Positions 47,241 through 56,321 of a stretch of 64,000 nt of DNA are shown here, piece after piece. Positions within the stretch are counted from its first letter, which is position 1; every line of letters begins with the position of its first letter. The DNA is taken from positions 32,001 to 96,000 of the IMG/VR virus record IMGVR_UViG_3300023179_000032. The stretch is one strand, 5' to 3'. The DNA comes from a virus. Below the pieces are notes generated by a model that saw only the letters and a program-made list of their open reading frames with translations, did no database searches and was not told where the DNA came from. Made by a program: the position numbers and the translations under genes.

Positions 47241-47843
47241 ATGCAACCATTCGAACACGGGCCTATTGATGGCCTTATCTGTCAGCAACATAAGGATTTT
47301 CAAATTCCTTTCCGTACTTTTTTCAATGAAGTAAAACCTACAACAGTTATTGAGATTGGTATCGGACAAGGTGCTACAAGCCTAGCACTTAATCGTATTT
47401 TAAAAGAAGTAGGACATGAATATCAGATGATTAGTTATGAACTACATCCTCAAGGATGGTATTCAATGTTAAGTAATGAAGGTATTTTAGTAAGAATAGC
47501 TAATCTTTTCACAGATGATTACCAAAATCTAAGACCAGGTAATATAGAGGAGATCACGGGATATATTCAACGTCCAGGAACCACAGTATTGATGTGTGAT
47601 GGTGGTTTGAAGAAAATGGAAGTAAATTTACTTTCAGATTATCTCAAGTCAGGTGATTTTATTATGGCACATGATTATTGTAGAAATGTTGAATATTTTG
47701 AAGAAGCTATTAATCATCGTATTTGGAATTGGTGTGAGATTACCGATGCAGATATACAAGATGCAATGGACCGTAATAATTTTCAGGATTATATGCGTGA
47801 TGAATTTCAAAATGTAGCTTGGATGTGCAGACGCAAGCCATAA
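47241..47843 (+). CDS. Class I SAM-dependent methyltransferase (CmcI/Methyltransf_24-like, probable sugar O-methyltransferase)
   Basis: Motif I VIEIGIGQG, motif II ISYEL, LMCDGG and LKSGDFIMAHD. Confidence 0.7.
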   Translation: MQPFEHGPIDGLICQQHKDFQIPFRTFFNEVKPTTVIEIGIGQGATSLALNRILKEVGHEYQMISYELHPQGWYSMLSNEGILVRIANLFTDDYQNLRPGNIEEITGYIQRPGTTVLMCDGGLKKMEVNLLSDYLKSGDFIMAHDYCRNVEYFEEAINHRIWNWCEITDADIQDAMDRNNFQDYMRDEFQNVAWMCRRKP

Positions 47844-48427
47844 AGCGTAGTTTTGTGTTCGGAAATGGTAGGACACGCCTAAATATAGATTTTGACGAAG
47901 TACGTCCATATGGGCTTATATATGCCTGTAATGCTGTTTACAGAGAATATAAGCCCGACCATCTCATTGCAGTTGATCATAAGATGTTACAAGAAATATG
48001 TAAATCAAATTTTCATCTTACTACACCTGTATGGACCTATAACCTAACATATAAACACAATTTTAAACAATTAAATTTTTTTGAGGAGCCATTAGGGTGG
48101 AGTAGTGGTCCATCGGCTTTATATTTGGCTCAAACACATAAACCTAATGAAATATATCTTTTTGGATTTGATTTTGAAGGATTGAATGGTAAGTTGAACA
48201 ATGTATTTGCTAATACAGAAAATTATAAACGCAGTACAGATCCAGCAACTTATCATCTAAATTGGCTCAAGCAAACTGAGAAAATTATAAAAACACATTC
48301 TAATATAAAGTTTGTAAGAGTGACAATTCCAAATTTCTATGAGACCAAATTCAAATATGATAATTATTTCCAAATATACTATGACGATTTTAGAAAGATA
48401 ATGTCTGAATGGCAAAAAATACGTTAG
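47819..48427 (+). CDS. MAF/DUF115-like (sialyltransferase-fold) putative nonulosonate transferase
   Basis: FVFGNGRTR, YACNAVYREYKPDHLIAVD, SSGPSALYLA and IYLFGFDF motifs. No ATG; the start is TTG 47819 or GTG 47825. Confidence 0.6.
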   Translation: MDVQTQAIKRSFVFGNGRTRLNIDFDEVRPYGLIYACNAVYREYKPDHLIAVDHKMLQEICKSNFHLTTPVWTYNLTYKHNFKQLNFFEEPLGWSSGPSALYLAQTHKPNEIYLFGFDFEGLNGKLNNVFANTENYKRSTDPATYHLNWLKQTEKIIKTHSNIKFVRVTIPNFYETKFKYDNYFQIYYDDFRKIMSEWQKIR

Positions 48428-48463
48428 ATTTAGGCTATAAGACACCCTTTTTTACAGTTATAT

Positions 48464-48470
48464 GTAAATA
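48464..48470 (+). promoter_or_regulatory. Probable late promoter (GTAAATA) for the prohead core/protease/scaffold/capsid operon
   Basis: Intergenic TAAATA, followed by AGGAG Shine-Dalgarno and the ATG at 48505. Confidence 0.6.
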
Positions 48471-48504
48471 ATACTTGACAGCTCATTACCTATAGGAGAC
48501 CAAA

Positions 48505-49533
48505 ATGGGAGATCGTTCAAAGTTCGAACAGATGCTTGAGTACCTTATTAACGATGAGGAAGCACGAGCACGAGAGTTATTTCATGATATAGTCGTGGCT
48601 AAAAGCCGCGAAATTTACGAGAATTTATTAGCCGATGATTTCGATGATGAAACTGAAGAATCACGCGGTGAAGAAGAGGAAGGTGAAGAAGAAAATATGG
48701 GTATGGGCGGTGATATGCAGCCACCAGAAGAGCCAACAGGAATGGAAGCATTTGGCGGCGACGAAACTGACGATATGTTAGGTGACGTTGAAGCTGATGA
48801 TGACGAAATGGGTGATATGGGCGATGACGATATGGGTGATATGGGTGAGGAAGACACTGCTGATCGTTTAGATGACCTAGAAGCAGAATTAGAAGCCTTA
48901 AGAGCCGACTTTGAAGAAAAGTTAGGTGGTGGTGATGAAATGGACATGGGTGGTGACGACATGGGTGACATGGGTGGTGACGACATGGGTGACATGGGCG
49001 GTGACGAAGAGCCTACAAAAGATAGTATGTATTACGAAGCTAGTGAAGATGACGAGGATGAGTCCGAAGATGAAGATGAAGATGATGAAAAAACAGATGA
49101 AGACTTTATCCGTGAGTATGTAGAAAAAGTAGGTGGCGGTAACTATAACACTTGGGGTAAGATGGGTGACGATGGTGTAAACACTAAAAGTCCAATTGCC
49201 AAGCCGAACAGAATGGGTGGCACATCAGAAAATATTCTAGGTAACCGCAATGGTCAAGCACCAGTAGAAGTAGGTGCAGGACGTAAGATTCAAGGCAATG
49301 GAGTGTTTAATCAAACACCACAGGACTTGGTAAAAGGTGAAGTACACAATCGTCCAGGCAAAACAGATGCAGGTAAAAAAGCATTTAAGAAGAAAGAGCC
49401 AGGACACGGTGCAGAGAAGAAAGGTGAAGCAGAAGGTAAAGCTTGGGGTGCCGGTACAGGCGGCGCAGCAGGACAGGTAGGTAATTTAAATACCAAGAGT
49501 CCTTTAAATGGTGCACCACAAAGAGCAAAATAA
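48505..49533 (+). CDS. Highly acidic prohead core protein (gp67/gp68 position analog)
   Basis: Asp/Glu/Met/Gly-rich 342 aa between the portal and gp21, the syntenic position of T4 core proteins. Confidence 0.55.
   Translation: MGDRSKFEQMLEYLINDEEARARELFHDIVVAKSREIYENLLADDFDDETEESRGEEEEGEEENMGMGGDMQPPEEPTGMEAFGGDETDDMLGDVEADDDEMGDMGDDDMGDMGEEDTADRLDDLEAELEALRADFEEKLGGGDEMDMGGDDMGDMGGDDMGDMGGDEEPTKDSMYYEASEDDEDESEDEDEDDEKTDEDFIREYVEKVGGGNYNTWGKMGDDGVNTKSPIAKPNRMGGTSENILGNRNGQAPVEVGAGRKIQGNGVFNQTPQDLVKGEVHNRPGKTDAGKKAFKKKEPGHGAEKKGEAEGKAWGAGTGGAAGQVGNLNTKSPLNGAPQRAK
48943..49007 (+). repeat. 24-bp tandem repeat (about 2.7 copies) encoding DMGGDDMG
   Basis: GACATGGGTGGTGACGACATGGGT at 48943 and 48967, partial copy at 48991. 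Confidence 0.9.
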
Positions 49534-49537
49534 TTAG

Positions 49538-50164
49538 ATGAATGTACTTAGGGAAAACTTGACGTTTGATCAGGCTAAATGTGTGATCGAAAGTCAAGGA
49601 GAGAACGGTAAAGACCTTTATATGAAAGGTATTTGTATTCAAGGTGGCATCAAAAATGCCAACCAAAGAGTATATCCTGTTGATGAGATAGAGCGAGCTG
49701 TCAAAACTTTGAACGATCAGATATCAGGAGGGTATAGCGTTCTCGGTGAAGTAGATCATCCAGATGATTTAAAAATTAATTTGGACCGAGTCAGCCACAT
49801 GATTACAGAAATGTGGATGGACGGTCCAAATGGTTATGGAAAGTTTAAAATACTACCAACACCCATGGGCAACCTAGTGCGTACTATGTTAGAAAGTGGT
49901 GTTAAGTTGGGAGTAAGTAGTAGAGGATCCGGCAATGTCAGTGGTAACGGAACTGGCACTGTAAGTGATTTTGAGATTATCACAGTGGATGTGGTAGCTC
50001 AACCAAGTGCGCCTGGGGCATATCCAACACCAATCTATGAACACTTGATGAATAATCGTGGTGGGCTTAGAGCCTTACGCATAGCGGAGGAAGTGAAGAA
50101 TGATCCCAAAGCACAGAAGTACATTAAAGAGAGCCTATTAGCAGTAATAGGCAAGCTCCGATAA
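49538..50164 (+). CDS. gp21: Prohead protease gp21
   Basis: NANQRVYP, GEVDHPD..INLDRVSH, LPTPMG..V..MLESGVKLGVSSRGSG, VDVVAQPSAPGAY. Confidence 0.95.
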   Translation: MNVLRENLTFDQAKCVIESQGENGKDLYMKGICIQGGIKNANQRVYPVDEIERAVKTLNDQISGGYSVLGEVDHPDDLKINLDRVSHMITEMWMDGPNGYGKFKILPTPMGNLVRTMLESGVKLGVSSRGSGNVSGNGTGTVSDFEIITVDVVAQPSAPGAYPTPIYEHLMNNRGGLRALRIAEEVKNDPKAQKYIKESLLAVIGKLR

Positions 50165-50180
50165 CAAGAGGAGAATCACA

Positions 50181-51281
50181 ATGTTGGATGTATTAAAAAG
50201 CTTATTTGAAAACAATGTGATTAGCGAAGATATCAGATCTCAGATTGAGGAAGCATGGGAAGCCCGTGTTGCCGAAAATCGTGAACAAGTTTCACAGCAA
50301 CTAAGGGAAGAGTTTGCTCAGCGTTATGAGCATGATCGTACGGTCATGATTGAAGCCATTGACAGAATGGTAGGAGATCAACTAGCACCTGAGATTGCTG
50401 AGTTCGCAGAAGATCGTAAACAATTAGCCGAAGCCAAAGCCAAATATGCATTAAAAATGAGACAAGATAGTGCTGTACTCAAAGAGTTCATCACACGCAG
50501 TCTCGCCAAAGAAGTAAAAGAATTGCATGAAGATCAAAAGTCTATGGCTAGTAAGTTCTTCAAGTTAGAAGAATTTGTGGTTGAAGCGCTCGCTAATGAA
50601 ATTGCTGAATTTTATGCAGATAAGAAGGACCTAGCTAACACTAAGGTTAAACTGATCCGTGAAGGACGCCAGCAGTTAGCTAAGATGAAGAAAGAATTTG
50701 TGAAGCGTGCCGCAGTAATGGTCGAAGGTGTTGTTACACAGAGCTTGAATAAAGAGCTAGTACAACTCAAAGAGGACATTGAAGCAGCTCGTAAGGCAGA
50801 CTTTGGTCGTAAGATTTTTGAAGCATTTAGCAACGAATACCAAAATAGTTACTTGAATGAGAAATCAGAAACAAGTAAATTGCTCAAGGTTATAAACAAG
50901 AAAGACTCTGCTATCACTATGGCAAACACAGTGGCAGTGAAAGCACAGAGAGTTATAGAAAGCAAAGAAATGGAAATTCGTCGTCTAAAAGAAGCAGCCC
51001 AGCGCAAGGAATTGATGGGTGAATTGCTTGCTCCATTAAGCGCAGAACAAAAGGGAATTATGAGTGAACTTTTAGAGAGCGTACAAACAACACGACTAAC
51101 AGAAAGTTTTAACAAGTATCTACCAACTTTAATAGAAGGTAGTTCTAGTACAACTAAGAAAAGACAGGCACTTGTAGAGGCAAAAGAAATGACCGGTAAC
51201 AAGGTTACCACAGAGAAGACAAACAGCAGCGCATCAGATAGTAACATCGTTGATATCCGTCGCCTAGCTGGACTTAATTAA
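50181..51281 (+). CDS. gp22: Prohead core scaffold protein gp22
   Basis: Coiled-coil, Glu-rich protein between gp21 and gp23; GAGGAG Shine-Dalgarno; C-terminal IRRLAGL. Confidence 0.85.
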   Translation: MLDVLKSLFENNVISEDIRSQIEEAWEARVAENREQVSQQLREEFAQRYEHDRTVMIEAIDRMVGDQLAPEIAEFAEDRKQLAEAKAKYALKMRQDSAVLKEFITRSLAKEVKELHEDQKSMASKFFKLEEFVVEALANEIAEFYADKKDLANTKVKLIREGRQQLAKMKKEFVKRAAVMVEGVVTQSLNKELVQLKEDIEAARKADFGRKIFEAFSNEYQNSYLNEKSETSKLLKVINKKDSAITMANTVAVKAQRVIESKEMEIRRLKEAAQRKELMGELLAPLSAEQKGIMSELLESVQTTRLTESFNKYLPTLIEGSSSTTKKRQALVEAKEMTGNKVTTEKTNSSASDSNIVDIRRLAGLN

Positions 51282-51291
51282 GGAGAAAAAC

Positions 51292-52470
51292 ATGTCTGAA
51301 CTACTAACAAACCGTTGGCAGGAGACAAAAGAGGCTCTACTCGAAGGCCTCCAAGGCACAAAAAGATCAGTGATGGGTGTAACTTTAGAGAATACTCGTA
51401 AGTATCTCGCAGAAAGTGCTTCCGCTGGTACTACATCTGCTGGCAACGTCGCAACATTAAACCGCGTGATCCTTCCAGTGATCCGTCGTGTTATGCCAAC
51501 CGTTATTGCTAACGAGTTGGTTGGTGTACAACCACTAACTGGACCAGTTGGTCAAATCCATACATTGAGAGTTCGTTATGCTGACACAGTCGGTGCTAAC
51601 GGCGAAATTGTTGGAGTAACTGCTGGTGAAGAGGCACTAAGTCCATTCAAGATCGCTGAGCAGTATTCCGGTGCTGCAACAGGAAAGGCTGCAAGCACAG
51701 CGACAATGGAAGGTATACCTGGTCGTAAAATGAGCATTCAAATCTTGAAACAAACAGTTGAAGCTAAGAGTCGTAAGCTATCAGCTCGTTGGACATTTGA
51801 AGCTGCTCAAGATATGCAGGCACAACATGGTATTGATGTAGAAGCAGAGATTATGGCTGCTCTAGCTCAAGAAATTACTGCTGAAATTGACCAAGAAATT
51901 CTAGCAAGTTTGGCTAACTTGGCCGGTAGTCCACAAGAAACATTTAATCAGGCCGCTGTAAGTGGTACAGCTACATTCGTTGGTGATGAACACGCCGCAT
52001 TGGCAGTTCTAATCAATCGTGTTGCTAACATCATTGCTCAACGCACACGTCGTGGTGCTGCTAACTGGGCAGTTGTAAGTCCATTTGCACTAACTATTCT
52101 ACAAAGCGCAACAACAAGTGCTTTCGCACGTACTACAGAAGGTACATTCGAAGCTCCAACTAACACCAAGATGGTTGGTACATTGAACAGCGCAATGAAG
52201 ATTTATGTAAACACATATGCCAGCGACGAAGCTCCTATCCTTGTAGGTTACAAAGGATCAAGTGAGAGTGACGCTGCTGCATTCTACTGCCCATACATTC
52301 CATTAATGAGCAGTGGTGTTGTATTAGATCCATCTACATTTGAACCAGTCGTATCATTTATGACACGTTATGGTTATGTAGAGTTGACAAATACAGCAAG
52401 CTCTCTTGGTAACGCTCAAGACTACTTGGGTAAAGTTGCACTAACAACAGCCAACGTCAAGTTTAGCTGA
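51292..52470 (+). CDS. gp23: Major capsid protein gp23
   Basis: LPVIRRVMPTVIANELVGVQPLTGPVGQIHTLR, KSRKLSARWTFEAAQD..HGIDVEAEI..EITAEIDQE, AAFYCPYIPL, SFMTRYG. Confidence 0.97.
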   Translation: MSELLTNRWQETKEALLEGLQGTKRSVMGVTLENTRKYLAESASAGTTSAGNVATLNRVILPVIRRVMPTVIANELVGVQPLTGPVGQIHTLRVRYADTVGANGEIVGVTAGEEALSPFKIAEQYSGAATGKAASTATMEGIPGRKMSIQILKQTVEAKSRKLSARWTFEAAQDMQAQHGIDVEAEIMAALAQEITAEIDQEILASLANLAGSPQETFNQAAVSGTATFVGDEHAALAVLINRVANIIAQRTRRGAANWAVVSPFALTILQSATTSAFARTTEGTFEAPTNTKMVGTLNSAMKIYVNTYASDEAPILVGYKGSSESDAAAFYCPYIPLMSSGVVLDPSTFEPVVSFMTRYGYVELTNTASSLGNAQDYLGKVALTTANVKFS

Positions 52471-52499
52471 TATAGCGCACATCAAGAGTTTGTTACACT

Positions 52500-52528
52500 A
52501 AAAGGCACCCTAAGAGGTGCCTTTTTTT
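52500..52528 (+). terminator. Rho-independent terminator after the major capsid gene
   Basis: AAAAGGCACC-CTAAGA-GGTGCC followed by 7 T residues. Confidence 0.9.
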
Positions 52529-52529
52529 A

Positions 52530-52536
52530 TTAAATA
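52530..52536 (+). promoter_or_regulatory. Probable late promoter (TTAAATA)
   Basis: Directly after the terminator, 21 nt before the ATG at 52558, with AGGA Shine-Dalgarno. Confidence 0.55.
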
Positions 52537-52557
52537 TGCTTATATTTAGGAACCATT

Positions 52558-53256
52558 ATGGAAATTGAACTACACATTTTTACAAATTCAACAGTTAATG
52601 CACCTGATACCTGGCATATAGAAAACACATATAAAAGTTTTAAAGATACTTGGAAAAGAGATATGCCTGTAAAAGTATGGTGTGATCGCAATCCAAATAG
52701 AGATAAATGTGAAGAGTATATTGAAAATTTAAAAAAACTTTTCCCTCAGGTAGATGCCGATGTAAATGGACTCAGTCATGGATATCACAGAGCTGCTTTT
52801 GAAAGTCAGGCAGAATATTTGTTTATGGTTGAGCACGATTGGGAGTTTTATGCTGATCGTATTATGCATAATTTAGATCAAATTCTAGATGGTATGCGTA
52901 AAGATAATATTTTACATTTGAGGTTTAATAGAAAATTGCACGGAAATCAACCAGATGGTCATGCTAGTTTAGGACAGGACATGGATTGGATTGATCACGA
53001 AGGAAGTGTTTTCCCTTATAGTACAGTAAAATTAGTCAGTAATAACCCTCATATAATACACAGAGAAAGATGGATTAAAGAATGTACTCCGCATACGCAC
53101 TATGTTGGTTTTACAAGTTCTTATGGACTAGAGGAATATCTAACAGCCAGTCCAATTCGTGGTGCCATATATGGTCCAAGAGGACATCCTCCTACAATCT
53201 TACATACAGATGGAAAGCATCCAGAAAATCTACGTAATTCACATATGTTGAATTAA
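52558..53256 (+). CDS. Putative GT-A fold glycosyltransferase
   Basis: Beta-strand then acidic motif EYLFMVEHDWEF (DxD-like), preceding GLSHGYHRA helix, and SNNPHI motif. Confidence 0.55.
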   Translation: MEIELHIFTNSTVNAPDTWHIENTYKSFKDTWKRDMPVKVWCDRNPNRDKCEEYIENLKKLFPQVDADVNGLSHGYHRAAFESQAEYLFMVEHDWEFYADRIMHNLDQILDGMRKDNILHLRFNRKLHGNQPDGHASLGQDMDWIDHEGSVFPYSTVKLVSNNPHIIHRERWIKECTPHTHYVGFTSSYGLEEYLTASPIRGAIYGPRGHPPTILHTDGKHPENLRNSHMLN

Positions 53257-53267
53257 AAAATAGAACG

Positions 53268-53274
53268 ATAAATA
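53268..53274 (+). promoter_or_regulatory. Late promoter (ATAAATA)
   Basis: Intergenic; followed by a 59-nt leader with a hairpin and AAGGAG Shine-Dalgarno. Confidence 0.7.
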
Positions 53275-53333
53275 TTCAATAAAGATTATGCTGTACCCGC
53301 AGCGTAGACTTAGAACGTCAAAAGGAGAAAACA

Positions 53334-54050
53334 ATGGGACGTCCAATTAATAAAAAGTATTTCGGTCAAACTAACATCGCAGCAACAGGTGAAGGCACAG
53401 GTGGCGAAGGTGTAGCAAGTGTAACCGTCAGTGTACAAGGTACAGGTTATACAGCAGCAACTACAACAGTTACTTTTAGTGCTCCACAAATTCCAGGTGG
53501 TGAAACAGCTACAGGTACAGCAGTGATTAATGGATCAGGAAATGTAACAGCAATCACTGTGACCAACAGTGGTTCAGGATATACAAGTGCTCCAACAGTT
53601 ACAGTAACAGATAGTGATGTTGGTGCCGAAGTAGCAGGTACATATGTAGCAGTTCTAACAACTGGTGAAAGTGCTCGTCAAAATAGTATTACAGTAACAG
53701 CCTTTATCCCAGCTTCAGGTACAGCAGGTTATATAAGTGGCACAGGTGGTAGTTCAGCTGTAACAGGTGATATTATTAAACAGGTAGGCAGTTACAAATA
53801 TGTAGTACAAACAGCTCAAGGCATTGGTCGTTGCACACTAAAAACAAGTGGTGCTGCTAGTGCTGCTGGTGAGATGAATATTACAGCAGTTGACTCAGAT
53901 GGTAAAACATATTATGTACAAAAATTATTAGCCTATAGAGCAAGATTAGTTCCATATGGAGCAGCAGGACATTTGTTTTCATCAGGTGCAACAGCTCCAT
54001 GGAGTTTTGCAGCAGCAGAACCAGGACGTGTTCAAATTACAAATAGATAA
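53334..54050 (+). CDS. Virion structural protein (238 aa)
   Basis: Late promoter and strong Shine-Dalgarno; two VxxxTVxxxGxGYTxAPTVT motifs like those in the gp7-like protein. Confidence 0.7.
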   Translation: MGRPINKKYFGQTNIAATGEGTGGEGVASVTVSVQGTGYTAATTTVTFSAPQIPGGETATGTAVINGSGNVTAITVTNSGSGYTSAPTVTVTDSDVGAEVAGTYVAVLTTGESARQNSITVTAFIPASGTAGYISGTGGSSAVTGDIIKQVGSYKYVVQTAQGIGRCTLKTSGAASAAGEMNITAVDSDGKTYYVQKLLAYRARLVPYGAAGHLFSSGATAPWSFAAAEPGRVQITNR

Positions 54051-55186
54051 TGTCTAAAGTCCTTAGAATACAAAAAGGCGGTTACAAGGTAATCGCCGAA
54101 TCAGGCAGTGAAATACGATTTGATTCAGGATCAGATGGTAGAGTAAATATTGTTGGTGATTTGTATGTACAAGGTGATACAATTTTAGGTAATACGACCA
54201 GTGTTACTCAACAGGATCTAGTTATTGAAGATAGACTAATTACCTTGAATAATGGACAGCAAGGTAGTGAAATATCAGATAACGGTAGCAATCAAATGAG
54301 TGGACTAGTTATCGACAGAGGTAATGCTGATGTTTTAATGGTCTTTGATGAAAAACCTTTTAAAGGCCAAACAGGTAATACATCAGCATTTACTTTACTG
54401 CCCCCAGCTTTTGTACTAAAAGACAATTCTAGCAATGCAAATTTAAAACCACTTACTACAAATAGGATACAAACTTATGGAGTTGACGATGGTAGTAATA
54501 ATCAGCATTTAACTTTTTACACAGGATATGAAGGTGTTGTAAGAGTTGATTATACAACTATTGAACCAGGTGAAATTGATTCGGCATTTGTGCCATATCA
54601 TGAAAGAATAGAAAATGATAATGATATACCTAACTTTAAGTTTTTAAAAGAATATGTTAGAGCAGAAGCTGGTCAGGCTATTATTCAAAAGTTTTATAGG
54701 TATACAGAGGATACTTTAGATAATACTTTTTCTGGTGCTGAAGCTAGAGATGTAACACAGGCTGGCGATGGATTTAGTGGTGTATTATTCACTACAGGGT
54801 CAGGACCCTTTGCTTCTAGGATAAAAAATCCTGTAACAAAAATTGGAAGATTTGGTACAGATATAGGAATCATTATAGGTATTGGTGAAGAAAACACTAA
54901 CAATATTAAGCTAATTGTTGACAGTAGTCAAACCACAATGATAAGTACTAATAATTCAAACTTAGTAATTAATCCTTATACAGGTAATGTTATACTAAGG
55001 AATGTACTAAGATTTGAACATTTGTCAAATACTATTGCTGCCCCAGCCCCAGCTGTAGAACAAAATTTAGTATACAGTAGAAATGAATTAGGATCAGGTG
55101 GTACAGGGTTGTATTTTGCTAATTCTATAGGCAATGGAGAATTTTGTAGTGCCAGTAATGCACTGGTATATAGTTTAATATTTTAA
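54050..55186 (+). CDS. Virion structural protein (378 aa)
   Basis: TAATG-coupled ORF; beta-rich, with GDLYVQGDT and IEDRLITLNNG..SG..IDRG motifs typical of fibre-like proteins. Confidence 0.7.
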   Translation: MSKVLRIQKGGYKVIAESGSEIRFDSGSDGRVNIVGDLYVQGDTILGNTTSVTQQDLVIEDRLITLNNGQQGSEISDNGSNQMSGLVIDRGNADVLMVFDEKPFKGQTGNTSAFTLLPPAFVLKDNSSNANLKPLTTNRIQTYGVDDGSNNQHLTFYTGYEGVVRVDYTTIEPGEIDSAFVPYHERIENDNDIPNFKFLKEYVRAEAGQAIIQKFYRYTEDTLDNTFSGAEARDVTQAGDGFSGVLFTTGSGPFASRIKNPVTKIGRFGTDIGIIIGIGEENTNNIKLIVDSSQTTMISTNNSNLVINPYTGNVILRNVLRFEHLSNTIAAPAPAVEQNLVYSRNELGSGGTGLYFANSIGNGEFCSASNALVYSLIF

Positions 55187-55200
55187 TTTAGGAAGAATAA

Positions 55201-55608
55201 ATGGCAAACGGGTTTGGTTTAGTGAGCGCTATAGTTCCAGTACTAGTAGTACAAACAGATGTAAGTGGTAATCCTATAGCTCCTCAGGGTGCAGCGGTAC
55301 CATTATTCAAAGTTGGTGTTGCTCCTTATGTAGCTCCAAATTGGCCAGGTACTGCTTATGCAATTACTAGTATGTTTTTTTGTAACAGAGGGCAAACTCC
55401 TGCAAATTTAACGGTATATTTAGTACCAAAAGATAAAGTATATCCATCATCTACAACAGCAATCATAAAAGACTTAAACATTACTAACGGTGATACATTT
55501 TCATTTGATACAGAAAAAATAATTTTAGGTGAGGAAGATGCAGTTTGGGCTAGTTCAGATGTAGGAGCTTCTATAAATGCGCTTCTTAGCGTTGTTAGAG
55601 TAGCATAA
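55201..55608 (+). CDS. Hypothetical virion protein (135 aa)
   Basis: ORF in the late operon with a Shine-Dalgarno-like site; all-beta composition. Confidence 0.65.
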   Translation: MANGFGLVSAIVPVLVVQTDVSGNPIAPQGAAVPLFKVGVAPYVAPNWPGTAYAITSMFFCNRGQTPANLTVYLVPKDKVYPSSTTAIIKDLNITNGDTFSFDTEKIILGEEDAVWASSDVGASINALLSVVRVA

Positions 55609-56297
55609 TGAAATTTTATAAACAGCTAAAATTAAACAAAAACGTAACAAAAAGTTTAGAGTTTACTCTAAAACCTGCTGGCTTAGTTGTTATGGATATA
55701 CCATTTACTCCACCTACGCCTGGACAGACAAGGGCTGATTTTAAAGTACCAACATTAAAAGGTATAAGAATACCCACAGGACCAGATAATGAGCGACCAT
55801 CTTCAAATGAATGGTATGGAAACAGTGGTATTATAAGATATAATACTGATGGTGATGCATTAGAGGTGTTAACAAATGGTGAGTGGGTTCAATTAAAAGC
55901 CAAACAACCTTCAAGTATAACCATACAAAGATTTGGGGCCACAGATGCTAGTTTATTCGTAGACCCAGACCCAAATGTAGGAATAGATTGGGATGACGAA
56001 ACTTATCCAGTAAGCGAAGCGGCAGGTGAAAACAATGAAATATCAAATTTCATAACTAATACTTATGTAAATGGTGTAGAAGTATTTTTCGGCCCAATTA
56101 GAGATAAGCTAGGTGTTCCACCTACAACTGCTGCTAATATATTTGTTTATGTAGAGAATGTTTTTCAAATTCCCTATACAAACTATAGACTAGTTACTTC
56201 ATCAACAGCACAAAAAAGTCCCACAGGATTCTATTTAAAATTTGCTAGCCCGCCCCCACCCGGTAAAACGGTGACTGTAATTCACGGGTTTGACTAA
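55608..56297 (+). CDS. Hypothetical virion protein (229 aa)
   Basis: TAATG-coupled ORF; IPTGPDNERP..G.IRYNTD..LEV...GEW motif typical of phage fibre proteins. Confidence 0.7.
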   Translation: MKFYKQLKLNKNVTKSLEFTLKPAGLVVMDIPFTPPTPGQTRADFKVPTLKGIRIPTGPDNERPSSNEWYGNSGIIRYNTDGDALEVLTNGEWVQLKAKQPSSITIQRFGATDASLFVDPDPNVGIDWDDETYPVSEAAGENNEISNFITNTYVNGVEVFFGPIRDKLGVPPTTAANIFVYVENVFQIPYTNYRLVTSSTAQKSPTGFYLKFASPPPPGKTVTVIHGFD

Positions 56298-56313
56298 TAT
56301 TTTCCCAAGTTTT

Positions 56314-56321
56314 GGTAAATA
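56314..56321 (+). promoter_or_regulatory. Late promoter (GGTAAATA)
   Basis: Intergenic TAAATA 125 nt upstream of the ATG at 56447. Confidence 0.65.

Noticed and set aside
48475-48480. TTGACA as a sigma70 -35 box
   Set aside because: No -10 hexamer at 16-18 nt spacing; the upstream GTAAATA late motif explains the region.
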